IMG/VR virus record: IMGVR_UViG_3300030098_003180 | Location: 1-51,137 of that record | Reading direction: 5' to 3' (one strand) | Length of the DNA stretch: 51,137 bases | DNA from: a virus | Lineage: Duplodnaviria > Caudoviricetes | Part shown: in pieces, positions 38,066 through 46,887 of the stretch | How positions within the stretch are numbered: position 1 is the first letter of the stretch | Layout of the letters: each line of letters opens with the position of its first letter | Notes under the pieces: generated by a model | Databases searched by the model: none | What the model was told of the DNA's origin: nothing | What the model saw: the letters and a program-made list of their open reading frames with translations, nothing else | Translations under genes and position numbers: made by a program

Positions 38066-39603
38066 CTCCTTGCTTTAGGTTTTTGTTTAAACCATCCATC
38101 TTTACTGTTAGAAATACCTTGGGGTGGATAAGCATATTTACAAGCATAAGCTAATGCATCAATAGTATCATCATGAGCCATACGAGGCCCAAATGTAGAA
38201 ATTTCTCTATGTAAATCATAATGTTCTTTTTTAATATGTATCTGTCCCACAGAAAATCTTTGAGCAAGTATTTCTTGTATCCTGTCTCTTTTAGACATAC
38301 GAGTACCTGGTTTCTCTTCTTTGAAAGGAACATTAAATTGGTTCCTTCTTCTCATTTCAGCACGAATAGCTTGAAACACTGGTTTACTCATAGTCGTATC
38401 CTCGATAGTAAATAATGTTGGTTTATAAAAGTTAGCATAATCAAATATGTAATCAACTATACCTTTTTTGTCCATTCCTGGTATTCCAAGAACAGGTAAA
38501 GATCTGTTTCTAATATAATCCAATATATATATATTATTATCTGGTGTTACTGCAACAGCCAGTATAACACTAAAATCGGAATCGCGCCTAGCACTATCAG
38601 TAGCGGGATCAACACCCACATAGATTGAACACGGCTTCGGATCATCTCCATCGGGTATAACATAAGTGATACCACTTTCTTCATCTTTTGTAAACTTGCC
38701 ATCCCAAAATTTAATATGATCTCTTGTAAATATCGCATCTTCTTCACTTTGTACCTCCATCATGTATTCTTGATAAAATTTTTGCGGAGTTCCACTGTCT
38801 GCGTAGAACTTCTTTTTTCTTGTCATTTCTTTATGACCAAACCACGAAGGCCATAAAGGTGTACCATCCTCTTGTAAAGCTTTGTATGTTATAACTCTCC
38901 AACTAAAATCTTCTTTTTCTTTCTTGGCTTGTTCGTGTCCTATTAAAATCTTTTGTATAAATGCATCATAATGCACTGGTGTTCCATTAATTCTCAGTCT
39001 ACCTGTTTTTGGTTCGAGCGCAGGAAAGACGACAGCAGTAACGAGGTTGGATATTTTAGCCCTACTTTCTGGTGTAATCGTATTATTCTCATCCTCAAAA
39101 TCATCGAGAACAATAAGATCATAACGTTTATGAAGCTTAGCACCACCACGAATACCAGATAAATTGGACTTAGAAATAAGTTTACAATTGTTTTTAAGCT
39201 CGATATCATCTTCTGTCCATTTCCTTCCTTTTAAATCACCAAAGTAATATTTAATTCTTTCATTAAATTCTAAATGATATTTAATATAATCTAAGTTAGG
39301 TACTGATATTTTACTTGAAGCAGCAACCCATCCATAAAATAAAGGCTCATCAGCAAAACAAAAATCGTGTAAGATATTACATTTAGTTAGTACAGTTTTA
39401 CCATGACCCCTAGGTAGTATGACAGCAAGCTGTCTGCAAGATAAATCATTTAAAGAATCAGCAACTTCGTAATGAAAAAATGGTGATTCACTTCTCATAA
39501 AATCTTCATGTAAAAATAATTTACCAAAAGCAATTAAATCTTTATGAGCTAATTGTAACTCTTCTTCTGCTTGACTTACATTTCTAGAATTTATATTAGC
39601 CAT
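38050..39603 (-). CDS. terL: Terminase large subunit
   Basis: Walker A PRGHGKT, Walker B IVLDDFE, NGTP, QEYM, RNase H-like VGVDPA and HDDTIDALAY. Confidence 0.95.
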   Translation of the reverse strand: MANINSRNVSQAEEELQLAHKDLIAFGKLFLHEDFMRSESPFFHYEVADSLNDLSCRQLAVILPRGHGKTVLTKCNILHDFCFADEPLFYGWVAASSKISVPNLDYIKYHLEFNERIKYYFGDLKGRKWTEDDIELKNNCKLISKSNLSGIRGGAKLHKRYDLIVLDDFEDENNTITPESRAKISNLVTAVVFPALEPKTGRLRINGTPVHYDAFIQKILIGHEQAKKEKEDFSWRVITYKALQEDGTPLWPSWFGHKEMTRKKKFYADSGTPQKFYQEYMMEVQSEEDAIFTRDHIKFWDGKFTKDEESGITYVIPDGDDPKPCSIYVGVDPATDSARRDSDFSVILAVAVTPDNNIYILDYIRNRSLPVLGIPGMDKKGIVDYIFDYANFYKPTLFTIEDTTMSKPVFQAIRAEMRRRNQFNVPFKEEKPGTRMSKRDRIQEILAQRFSVGQIHIKKEHYDLHREISTFGPRMAHDDTIDALAYACKYAYPPQGISNSKDGWFKQKPKARSWVTA

Positions 39604-41369
39604 TATTGCTCACTCCAAGTAGGGTGATTTGCAGTATTAAGATAAATTTTATCATCTGTGTGAATTACATTTCTGCCCCCTTTAGTACCTGGTACACATT
39701 GAATAGTATAAGGTGACTCCCAGCTTGTTGCTTGTATTCTTGTATAAGGGCTTCCTGTTCTTGCAAATTGTTCTGGGCCATCACCAAAAACCCAGTAATA
39801 GTTTAAATCGTCTCTACAAGACTGATCTGGCCCTATCCAGTTAGCTTGTGCTCCTGATTTGTATATTTCGGTTACCTCAGAACTACTTAAAGCTTTACCT
39901 TTCCAAACACCTATTTGAGATATTGCTCCTTTAAAATTTCCAGCTTCACCTCTAAGACGCTCTGTTCCTCCAGCTTCTTGATCTGCATAGTTGCTTCCTA
40001 TCCTACCTATATATAATCTATCGCTCTCAGCTGCTGGTGAACCACCAAACGGAACATTATGTGTTAAAGTTCCGTCAGCTGTAGCATTTCTATATATTGT
40101 AAATATATCGTCAGATCCAGAACCATCTAATTCAGCTGAGATAGTAAACAAACTCCATGTATCAGATGAAAAAGAACCAGACGGAGCAGTACCACCATCA
40201 TCAGCCCAATTATCAAAACTTGAATTAACAAGACCAAACCACTCTGTTGACTCATTTTCTTGTAATGAGAAATAAGGCTTTAATCCTAAAAGGCCCATTC
40301 TAAAATTTATATCAATATCAGATGAGCTAAAATCAATTAATGATTGAAATGCACTTCCGCTATAGTCTGATTTAAACCATATAGCTATGGTAAAAGATTC
40401 AGCGCTTCCTGGTCTGAAAAAAGAAGTAGCACCCATTTTTAAATAAGCATGCTGATCATCATAATTTGTTCTAGTGGGAGTGCCTTCATATGTAGAAGGA
40501 TCATTTCCATCAAAATTTAACTGAAATTGATTAACATTACTTACAACACTTTGTAAACCATTTGGTAATTCTGTAGATTGAAAATCTGCTTCAACCATAT
40601 TAGTTGCTGTTAAATGATTTGAAAAAGAACTCAAATCTTTAATGCCACCAGATCCTGTAGAACAATATTGTTTATTTAAAGGCCACCAAGCTTGAAGATC
40701 ACCTCCAATTTCATCTCTTAGAATTTCTGAAGGATTTATACCGTAACCATTATTATACAAATTACGAGAATACCACTTTAAAGCATTTCCATCATCAGGT
40801 GATCCAGTTCCATTCCAGAGAATAAATTGAGTTATATTACCAGTAAAATCTCCATCACATAAAACTAAACTTGTACCACCACCATTTACAGTTTTAGCAA
40901 AATTAGTATCAGTATATTCTAAATTTCCATTTATATAACATTCTAAATCTTTTTGGGCATAGTCGTATCCTATACAAATGTGATACCATTTATCGTGATC
41001 TAAATCATAATCTATTGTTGTATCAACATAAGCAGTACCATTACCATGAGACATAACTAGTTTTTCACTATCACCAGCACCATCTACATAAGATAATTTA
41101 ATACCTTTAGTAGAACCTACAATTTCAAATATTACAGCAGAATGAGTTCCAGTTGTTGAACTTGCGTCTGCAGTTGGTCTAAACCAAAAAGCAATGTTAT
41201 AACTATAAACATATCCTATAGCATCCCAATCTCCACCAGCAGGACCAGTCATACCTGTTTGATCATTATCAGAATCAGAAAAAACAACAGAACTAACTAA
41301 ATCTCCACCAATTGGAGATAACCCTTCATTAAATCCAGGCTTTATAAGTGATTGCCCTATTCTTAACAT
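39603..41369 (-). CDS. LamG/concanavalin A-like domain virion protein, two domains (start revised to ATG 41369)
   Basis: IAFWFRP...KWYHICI...YING...FTGNITQF and FTIAIWFK...TWSLFT...IYRNA...LYIG...FKGAISQIGVW...ALSSSEV. Confidence 0.8.
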   Translation of the reverse strand: MLRIGQSLIKPGFNEGLSPIGGDLVSSVVFSDSDNDQTGMTGPAGGDWDAIGYVYSYNIAFWFRPTADASSTTGTHSAVIFEIVGSTKGIKLSYVDGAGDSEKLVMSHGNGTAYVDTTIDYDLDHDKWYHICIGYDYAQKDLECYINGNLEYTDTNFAKTVNGGGTSLVLCDGDFTGNITQFILWNGTGSPDDGNALKWYSRNLYNNGYGINPSEILRDEIGGDLQAWWPLNKQYCSTGSGGIKDLSSFSNHLTATNMVEADFQSTELPNGLQSVVSNVNQFQLNFDGNDPSTYEGTPTRTNYDDQHAYLKMGATSFFRPGSAESFTIAIWFKSDYSGSAFQSLIDFSSSDIDINFRMGLLGLKPYFSLQENESTEWFGLVNSSFDNWADDGGTAPSGSFSSDTWSLFTISAELDGSGSDDIFTIYRNATADGTLTHNVPFGGSPAAESDRLYIGRIGSNYADQEAGGTERLRGEAGNFKGAISQIGVWKGKALSSSEVTEIYKSGAQANWIGPDQSCRDDLNYYWVFGDGPEQFARTGSPYTRIQATSWESPYTIQCVPGTKGGRNVIHTDDKIYLNTANHPTWSEQ

Positions 41370-41370
41370 A

Positions 41371-41730
41371 TTACCCCATATAACATATACATGCCATACC
41401 ATTGGTTGTTAAACTAACAGAAGACCATCTACCATATATTATTACTCCCCTAGGAAATATTACATTGTTATCGACAGCGTTTCCTCCCGCCTCATAACCT
41501 GTTCCCAATATTTCACCAGAAGCAATACCTGCATAATCATTATTTTCTGGAAGAAGTGTGTCAAACTTTACATCAGTTAACATCATAATAGCCATAACCA
41601 CTCTTGGTTTACTTGGTGTAAAAGTTGTTGCTGCTGTATCTAAATAGACGGACCCTAATTGCCCTAGTGATGCGTTTTGTGCTTCTTGCACAGTTAAGGT
41701 TTGTAAACCTTTATTAAATCCAAATGCCAT
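41371..41730 (-). CDS. Putative virion protein (119 aa)
   Basis: AGGAGG RBS; TVQEAQN N-terminus; FPRGVIIYGRWSSV motif. Confidence 0.65.
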   Translation of the reverse strand: MAFGFNKGLQTLTVQEAQNASLGQLGSVYLDTAATTFTPSKPRVVMAIMMLTDVKFDTLLPENNDYAGIASGEILGTGYEAGGNAVDNNVIFPRGVIIYGRWSSVSLTTNGMACICYMG

Positions 41731-41780
41731 ATTACCCTCCTACCCTAAGCACTGGCTGTGCGTGAATGGGTTGTTATTTA

Positions 41781-42371
41781 TTAATATCCTATTTCTGAAG
41801 CTCTTGGTTTTTTTCTAGTTTCAAAATCTTCAATTTTATTTATATCTTCAAAAGACAACTCTTTAAACAATTCTTTATTTGCTTCCTCAGTAGTATAAGG
41901 TACTCTATCATTATCAATTACATCTACTTTAGTAGGGTCATTTTGCTCATAGTTAGCAACAGGAGCAGAAGTTGTAGTAGTATTTACACTAGCCATTGCA
42001 GGTTTAGGAGGCATTTTATATGTTGTCATTTCTCTATCACCAGTCATAGGTGGTTTATTAATAACCTCATTTTCAACACCTCTTTCTGCCATATCATAAG
42101 TTGTTTGTCCAGTTATTCCTGACATAGGAGCGTCACTTTTAGGATACATAGTAGTACCTTCTGTTTGATAATCTTGTCCTGCTTTAACAGGATTGAAGTC
42201 TCTATTCTCATAAAAATTATATACAGTATCTACTACTTTAGCAGCTGCTGCAGCTCCACCAAGTTCTGCTATACTATTTATTAACCATGATATAGGTGAT
42301 GATTCACGTGTCGGTTTAGTTTTACCTGGGCCAGGAACTTTAGGGTATGGATTTCTTTTATGCTTATCCAT
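41781..42371 (-). CDS. Hypothetical low-complexity protein
   Basis: TAATG coupling; Pro/Thr-rich. Confidence 0.7.
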   Translation of the reverse strand: MDKHKRNPYPKVPGPGKTKPTRESSPISWLINSIAELGGAAAAAKVVDTVYNFYENRDFNPVKAGQDYQTEGTTMYPKSDAPMSGITGQTTYDMAERGVENEVINKPPMTGDREMTTYKMPPKPAMASVNTTTTSAPVANYEQNDPTKVDVIDNDRVPYTTEEANKELFKELSFEDINKIEDFETRKKPRASEIGY

Positions 42372-43477
42372 TAGTACCCCGCATCTTCTATATTTCTTCT
42401 CATTCTTTCTTCAAAATCTGCATTGGTTTTCATTTTTTCTTCAAAAGCTTTTTTACCCTCTTGTGTATATCCAGCTGTATTTGTCTGCCAAACTAAATCT
42501 CTAACATCAGGCTGATAGCCATCATTATAACTTTGATTATTTAATGCCATATTTAATGATTTAGTAGCCGCATCAGCAAAACCTTCACCTGCTTCTGCCC
42601 CTGTGTAATCAATGCCCCACTTAAACATTCTTCTAGAATAATCTCTAGCAGTTTCACCTTCGTTAAGATAACCAAATCTTTGACCTTGAACTCCTATATT
42701 CTCCAGTAGAGTTTGTTGACCTTTTGTATCAAGACTTTCATATAAACCTTTTAACTGATCTAAATTACCTTCTCTAAAATGATGAACATCAAAACCAAAA
42801 TCTCTCATACTTAGATTGTCCCATCCTAATCTACCGCTTGAAAATCCTTTATCACTTGCTTTCATTGAAGTAGGATTTGCCCATCTAAGCGGATCGTTTG
42901 CTATATGCTTTTTGTAAAACGCTAAATCGGAACTTGACAGACCTCTATCTTTAACGTGTTGAGGTACATCGCCATCATTAAGAGCCCAATGTAATGTATT
43001 TTGATCCTGCATCATATCTATCATCATTTCATTTCTTGTAGCTACATCACCAGTATCAAGTGCATGTTTTAATCTTCCTTGATTATATTCACTATACAAT
43101 TCAGCTCTTCTTCTGTCATGATCCATTATTGCTCGATTATATGAATATTCAGTTCCTCTTCCACGAAGCTCTTTTGTAAGAGCATCATAATCACCTAGCT
43201 CATTATCTAAACCAAGTATATCTCTAAGCTTACCTCTTACACCACCTTCTCTTTTGGTTATTTCTGGTAGATCTTCATAATCAAGAGATCTCTGCCAAGA
43301 ATCTTCACCTTCTTTTGAGACTCCTGATAGAGACATTGCTATATTGTGACCTATAGTATCTTTCTTTCCTTCTAAAGCATCTTTAGCTCTTCCAAAAACT
43401 CGACCCTCTTGCCCTCCTTGAAATAAACCTTTGTCATCTTTTAGCGAACCCATTATTTTATCCATTATCTTGCTCAT
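42371..43477 (-). CDS. Hypothetical protein (368 aa)
   Basis: AGGAG RBS; ATGA overlap; long ORF. Confidence 0.75.
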   Translation of the reverse strand: MSKIMDKIMGSLKDDKGLFQGGQEGRVFGRAKDALEGKKDTIGHNIAMSLSGVSKEGEDSWQRSLDYEDLPEITKREGGVRGKLRDILGLDNELGDYDALTKELRGRGTEYSYNRAIMDHDRRRAELYSEYNQGRLKHALDTGDVATRNEMMIDMMQDQNTLHWALNDGDVPQHVKDRGLSSSDLAFYKKHIANDPLRWANPTSMKASDKGFSSGRLGWDNLSMRDFGFDVHHFREGNLDQLKGLYESLDTKGQQTLLENIGVQGQRFGYLNEGETARDYSRRMFKWGIDYTGAEAGEGFADAATKSLNMALNNQSYNDGYQPDVRDLVWQTNTAGYTQEGKKAFEEKMKTNADFEERMRRNIEDAGY

Positions 43478-44223
43478 TTTATCTCCTTTGGCCTTTCCGC
43501 CTCTGCTAGCTTATCTTTACTAAACCCTTGAAATACAGCACCAGTAAGTTGAGTAACTTGTGTTTTATTTTTATCTTCTAAATCCATAATGTCTGCAAGT
43601 TTAAATAAAGCTTTTAATTTAGTTTCATCTTTTTCAGAAGACATAGCAATAGTATTGATATTCTTTAATATACTATTTTCATTTATACCTAACTCTTCTA
43701 AAACAGGTTTTAATTCTTCTTTCATAGCTGTTTTTATCCTCGTAGTTTTTACTAATTGTCCAGCCCGCAATCCAGCATAGTGCGGGTCATTTGTAGGAAA
43801 TGCCTTTAGATACGCCTTGCGGGCATCCATTCCAGATGCTAAGTACTGGACAAATTCATGTTCCCTACTTGATAGATTCTCTCTATCTTCAATTCTTTGG
43901 TTTCTCTCTACATGGCCACCTATACTATATATATTTACCCTTTTAGAGGTGTCCATCTTAGTTTTCTCTGATACTATAAATGTACCTGTACAAGTACCTA
44001 TATATCTTTGCTGTCTATCTTTTCCGTAAGGTTTCATCATAGATCCTTCACGTAAAATCTGTATTACGCAACCATCATCAGATTTAACCCAATCACCTAT
44101 AGAACCTTTTCTCCAGTTATACAGATAGTCTATATCATTAGGTATTTCTTCAGTATCTTCAAAAACTGTGTGCTCTATTTTATTTATCTTATATGTTCTC
44201 ATATATAACCCTAAACCCGCCAA
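43474..44223 (-). CDS. Terminase small subunit-like protein with N-terminal extension (start may be ATG 44202)
   Basis: LSSREHEFVQYLASGMDARKAYLKAF...AGQLVKTTRIKTAMKEEL...KLKALFKLA matches the TerS HTH/oligomerisation pattern; first large gene of the late block. Confidence 0.65.
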   Translation of the reverse strand: MAGLGLYMRTYKINKIEHTVFEDTEEIPNDIDYLYNWRKGSIGDWVKSDDGCVIQILREGSMMKPYGKDRQQRYIGTCTGTFIVSEKTKMDTSKRVNIYSIGGHVERNQRIEDRENLSSREHEFVQYLASGMDARKAYLKAFPTNDPHYAGLRAGQLVKTTRIKTAMKEELKPVLEELGINENSILKNINTIAMSSEKDETKLKALFKLADIMDLEDKNKTQVTQLTGAVFQGFSKDKLAEAERPKEIK

Positions 44224-44232
44224 GGGTTTAGA

Positions 44233-44418
44233 TTAGGCTATCCCCAAAACTTCATGATCTAAGTTATCTAGCATGTACTCACCCATTTCTTTACTTATAG
44301 GTATATCTACTCCATCTACTTCAATACAATAGTCTACCTCATTAAATTGTTCTGATAAGTGAACACATTCATCACTTTTACCATCATAAACTATCTTTAA
44401 CACATATTCCTTTTTCAT
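44233..44418 (-). CDS. Hypothetical protein
   Basis: AGGAG RBS; first gene of the minus-strand block. Confidence 0.65.
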   Translation of the reverse strand: MKKEYVLKIVYDGKSDECVHLSEQFNEVDYCIEVDGVDIPISKEMGEYMLDNLDHEVLGIA

Positions 44419-44840
44419 AACTAGATGCTCCTAACCCCTGACACAATTAAAATTTTTTTTGAAAAATTTATTTAACTCCATATTTCGCCTTGAGCCAGTT
44501 ATATTCTCCCATACTCAAACTTATAATAAAGCAATTTCTACCAGTTATCGGGGACAAACCAGATCTCTATATGAGGAGGTAACCCAACGTCTGACCCTCT
44601 ACTTGCTTGTTAGGCCTTCAAGGGTGATAATCGAATTTCTTCAATTACTGATGGCTATAATATAAAACATTAAATATTACAAAAACAACAGAAAAAAAGG
44701 AAGGTTTCAAAAATTGTGGCATTTTGGTATGCGGTCTTTTCCACAATGGTACCCCCTTAACAGGGGTTTTTCACAATCGTGATTACGTTATTTTTGGATT
44801 AGGATTTTTTGAATACTTTTAACAATGGAAGGAGACAGAG

Positions 44841-45110
44841 ATGTCTAAGATAAATAAGTACTCGAGTGGTAAGATAATCAATGGTCTTGCTAGAGCTGAT
44901 GATATCAGTGTATCAGAAGAAACTAAGACTGCAGTAGAGAGTGTTGCTGTAGCTAACTTAGCGGCTGGTAATACTGAAGAGGCACTAATAAGCTTTGATA
45001 TGTTACGTAAGTTTCAGACTCAAAAGAATATCGAAGGTATGCTAGAGATATTTGCTAAGAGTCAAGCAGCTACTAACAAGCTGTTGGATAAACTCGCTGA
45101 TAAAAAGTAA
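44841..45110 (+). CDS. Hypothetical early protein
   Basis: AAGGAG RBS; first gene of the plus-strand block. Confidence 0.75.
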   Translation: MSKINKYSSGKIINGLARADDISVSEETKTAVESVAVANLAAGNTEEALISFDMLRKFQTQKNIEGMLEIFAKSQAATNKLLDKLADKK

Positions 45111-45117
45111 TCTTTTG

Positions 45118-45161
45118 TAGAGAGGCTTGAACCATTTGAGATCGGCCTCTCTAATTTTCTA
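45118..45161 (+). terminator. Stem-loop/terminator after the first early gene
   Basis: TAGAGAGGC (45118-45126) pairs with GCCTCTCTA (45145-45153), followed by ATTTTCT. Confidence 0.55.
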
Positions 45162-45287
45162 TGTTATATATATTAATAATTACTTATGGTTATTGATAGC
45201 CTGTGTAGACGGTGTGTCTGCAATGTATCATAGTGTGCCTGCGTGTATAGTATATATATACCAACATATAGCACACATAAGACTTAG

Positions 45288-45363
45288 TGCGGGTGTGACG
45301 TCTGGTGATGTCGACTGTCTCATAAGCAGGTCCTGACTGGTTCAATTCCAGTACCCGCAACCA
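45288..45363 (+). tRNA. tRNA with CAT anticodon (Met; acceptor arm resembles fMet)
   Basis: Acceptor TGCGGGT/ACCCGCA, D arm GACG/TGTC, anticodon loop CTCATAA (CAT at 45321-45323), T arm ACTGG-TTCAATT-CCAGT, encoded ACCA; 76 nt. Confidence 0.9.
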
Positions 45364-45505
45364 ATTAAACTGTTCCACTGCGAACCTATGAGATGGGCTA
45401 CATCAGAGTCATGAACTGAGTTGCTTAGCGCTGGTCTGTCTCATTAAATGTTGCAAGTAAACCTTTCTAACAAGAACTGTTAAATATAATAGAAAGGAGG
45501 TGTCC

Positions 45506-45637
45506 ATGAAGGATACTACTTGTAAGAAATGTACTGTGCGTGATCAGTATATTACTACGTTGCTTGACACTGCTACTAGGTATAAGAATGCTTATATCAA
45601 GGCGCAGAAGAAGTTGCGTAACAGAGCTGGGAAATAA
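45506..45637 (+). CDS. Small basic protein (43 aa, not in ORF track)
   Basis: Full AAAGGAGGTG RBS; MKDTTCKKCTVRDQYITTLLDTATRYKNAYIKAQKKLRNRAGK. Confidence 0.65.
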   Translation: MKDTTCKKCTVRDQYITTLLDTATRYKNAYIKAQKKLRNRAGK

Positions 45638-45676
45638 TCCTGGCTCTTTGAACTCTCAAACCAATAAGGAGAAATT

Positions 45677-45880
45677 ATGGCAAAACCTAGTGTTATAGAT
45701 GTATTACCTGAAGAGGTAGTTGAATTAGATAGTATTGAGAATCAAACGCAAGCTTTCTTAGTTGCAATGAAAGATATACTAGATACTCAATGTAGGATGA
45801 TGATGGATAAGGATAGTTATGTGGAACGCAGACGGATTGAAAGAATTGTATTACCAAAGGGATTCAAGTTAATTGGATAA
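45677..45880 (+). CDS. Hypothetical protein
   Basis: AAGGAG RBS; 67 aa. Confidence 0.7.
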   Translation: MAKPSVIDVLPEEVVELDSIENQTQAFLVAMKDILDTQCRMMMDKDSYVERRRIERIVLPKGFKLIG

Positions 45881-45886
45881 CCTTTC

Positions 45887-45965
45887 GGGGATGATAGGTA
45901 TTCGACTGTTCTTAACGCTGTCATGCAGAGGGAATAGGAAGTGAGTTCGATTCTCACCATCTCCA
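45887..45965 (+). ncRNA. Miniature tmRNA-like RNA (tRNA-like domain only)
   Basis: 5' GGGGATGATAGGTATTCGAC resembles tmRNA 5' ends. Acceptor GGGGATG/CATCTCC has a G3:U pair and discriminator A; T arm GTGAG-TTCGATT-CTCAC; no D stem; helix CTGTTCT/GGAATAG capped by a short loop. Confidence 0.7.
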
Positions 45966-45989
45966 CTAAAGATTTTATGAACAATGAAA

Positions 45990-46710
45990 ATAGGTCGCTT
46001 CGGATCTATAGGATAGTACATGGTAACATGTATTAAAGTTAATAGCGCCAGCAATGGTCCAACGGAAGCAAGCAGGTATTGCTACTAACCTCAATGGAGT
46101 AATCTTTGAGAGGATGGTAGTCAGGCTGATGGTAAAGCTGTGAGTATGGTGACATACAATAAATAAACCTGTAAGATACTTAAGATGAGCCTGTGGGAGG
46201 TGAGTCTGGGTGTTATGAAAACATGGTAATCTCGTAGTGATATGAGATATGTCGTGTCAAGATTTGATGTCTCCCAAAGACATTGGAAGAGTCTAGTTAT
46301 GTATTCACTGTCGTAAGATAGCGAGCATATCCACGAGCACTGGACTTGGAATACCTAAAACTAACTTAATCGTTAAATAATATATAACAGAATATAAAAA
46401 CGACAAAGTTCTTGTGGCGTTACAGAGCATAGGGCTCTAATACCTTACACTTAGGTGAATAAGGTGCTGAATGGTTGGTCAACAACTTGAAGGTTTTGTG
46501 ACGAAAGCGTCAGTCTTGGGTCTGCAGCCTGGGATGTCATTGTGACTTAATTGATGTTATTAGTTGCTGAAACAGCTGTAACGTTAAGAGTGGTAGTCTA
46601 TAACTACTGAGCTTGCTAATGTACTTGAGTCAAATCAAGTGGATAAGTCTAAAACCCATTATGGGAACATAGGACGAAAGTATTAGCGTAAAGAGTGTAA
46701 TCTCAACTCG
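45990..46710 (+). ncRNA. Large structured ncRNA, GOLLD/ROOL-type candidate
   Basis: About 720 nt with no credible ORF, GC higher than its flanks, many GNRA/UUCG-capped hairpins and long-range helices, and adjacent to tRNA genes. Boundaries are approximate and the family is not confirmed. Confidence 0.65.
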
Positions 46711-46740
46711 ATAAATAACTTTAAATAACTTGGAGGTATT

Positions 46741-46887
46741 ATGGAACCTGGAACTTGGACATATTATTTGATGTACGACTTTGTTTATTTAGTAAATATG
46801 ATAATAACTATTGTTCTAAAATGTTATGCAATTAGAGCTTTGTATCTATTTATTGTTAAAAAAAGATGGCCTAAACAATGGCTGTAA
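46741..46887 (+). CDS. Small membrane protein (48 aa, not in ORF track)
   Basis: GGAGG RBS; MEPGTWTYYLMYDFVYLVNMIITIVLKCYAIRALYLFIVKKRWPKQWL. Confidence 0.6.
   Translation: MEPGTWTYYLMYDFVYLVNMIITIVLKCYAIRALYLFIVKKRWPKQWL

Noticed and set aside
6055-44029. Many short plus-strand ORFs (e.g. 6055, 7075, 9192, 11842, 17937, 25571, 34206, 39991, 43817) and nested minus-strand alternative-frame ORFs (25182, 29290, 33256, 38151, 38547, 38994)
   Set aside because: They lie within long, motif-bearing minus-strand genes, mostly have non-ATG starts, and show no evident RBS.
44459-44665. 68-aa plus-strand ORF
   Set aside because: TTG start without RBS; the region is better explained as regulatory or structured RNA.
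45127-45378. ORFs 45127-45336 (+) and 45190-45378 (-)
   Set aside because: Overlap the terminator hairpin and/or the clear tRNA gene.
45869-46054. 61-aa minus-strand ORF
   Set aside because: Antisense to the tmRNA-like RNA.
45887-46710. Full-length or circularly permuted two-piece tmRNA including the downstream large RNA
   Set aside because: The 5' and 3' acceptor strands are in normal order only 79 nt apart, and I found no convincing resume codon or tag frame downstream; not fully excluded.
45990-46710. Group I/II intron or RNase P RNA
   Set aside because: No interrupted gene flanks it, and I could not find group II domain V or the RNase P P4 consensus by eye.
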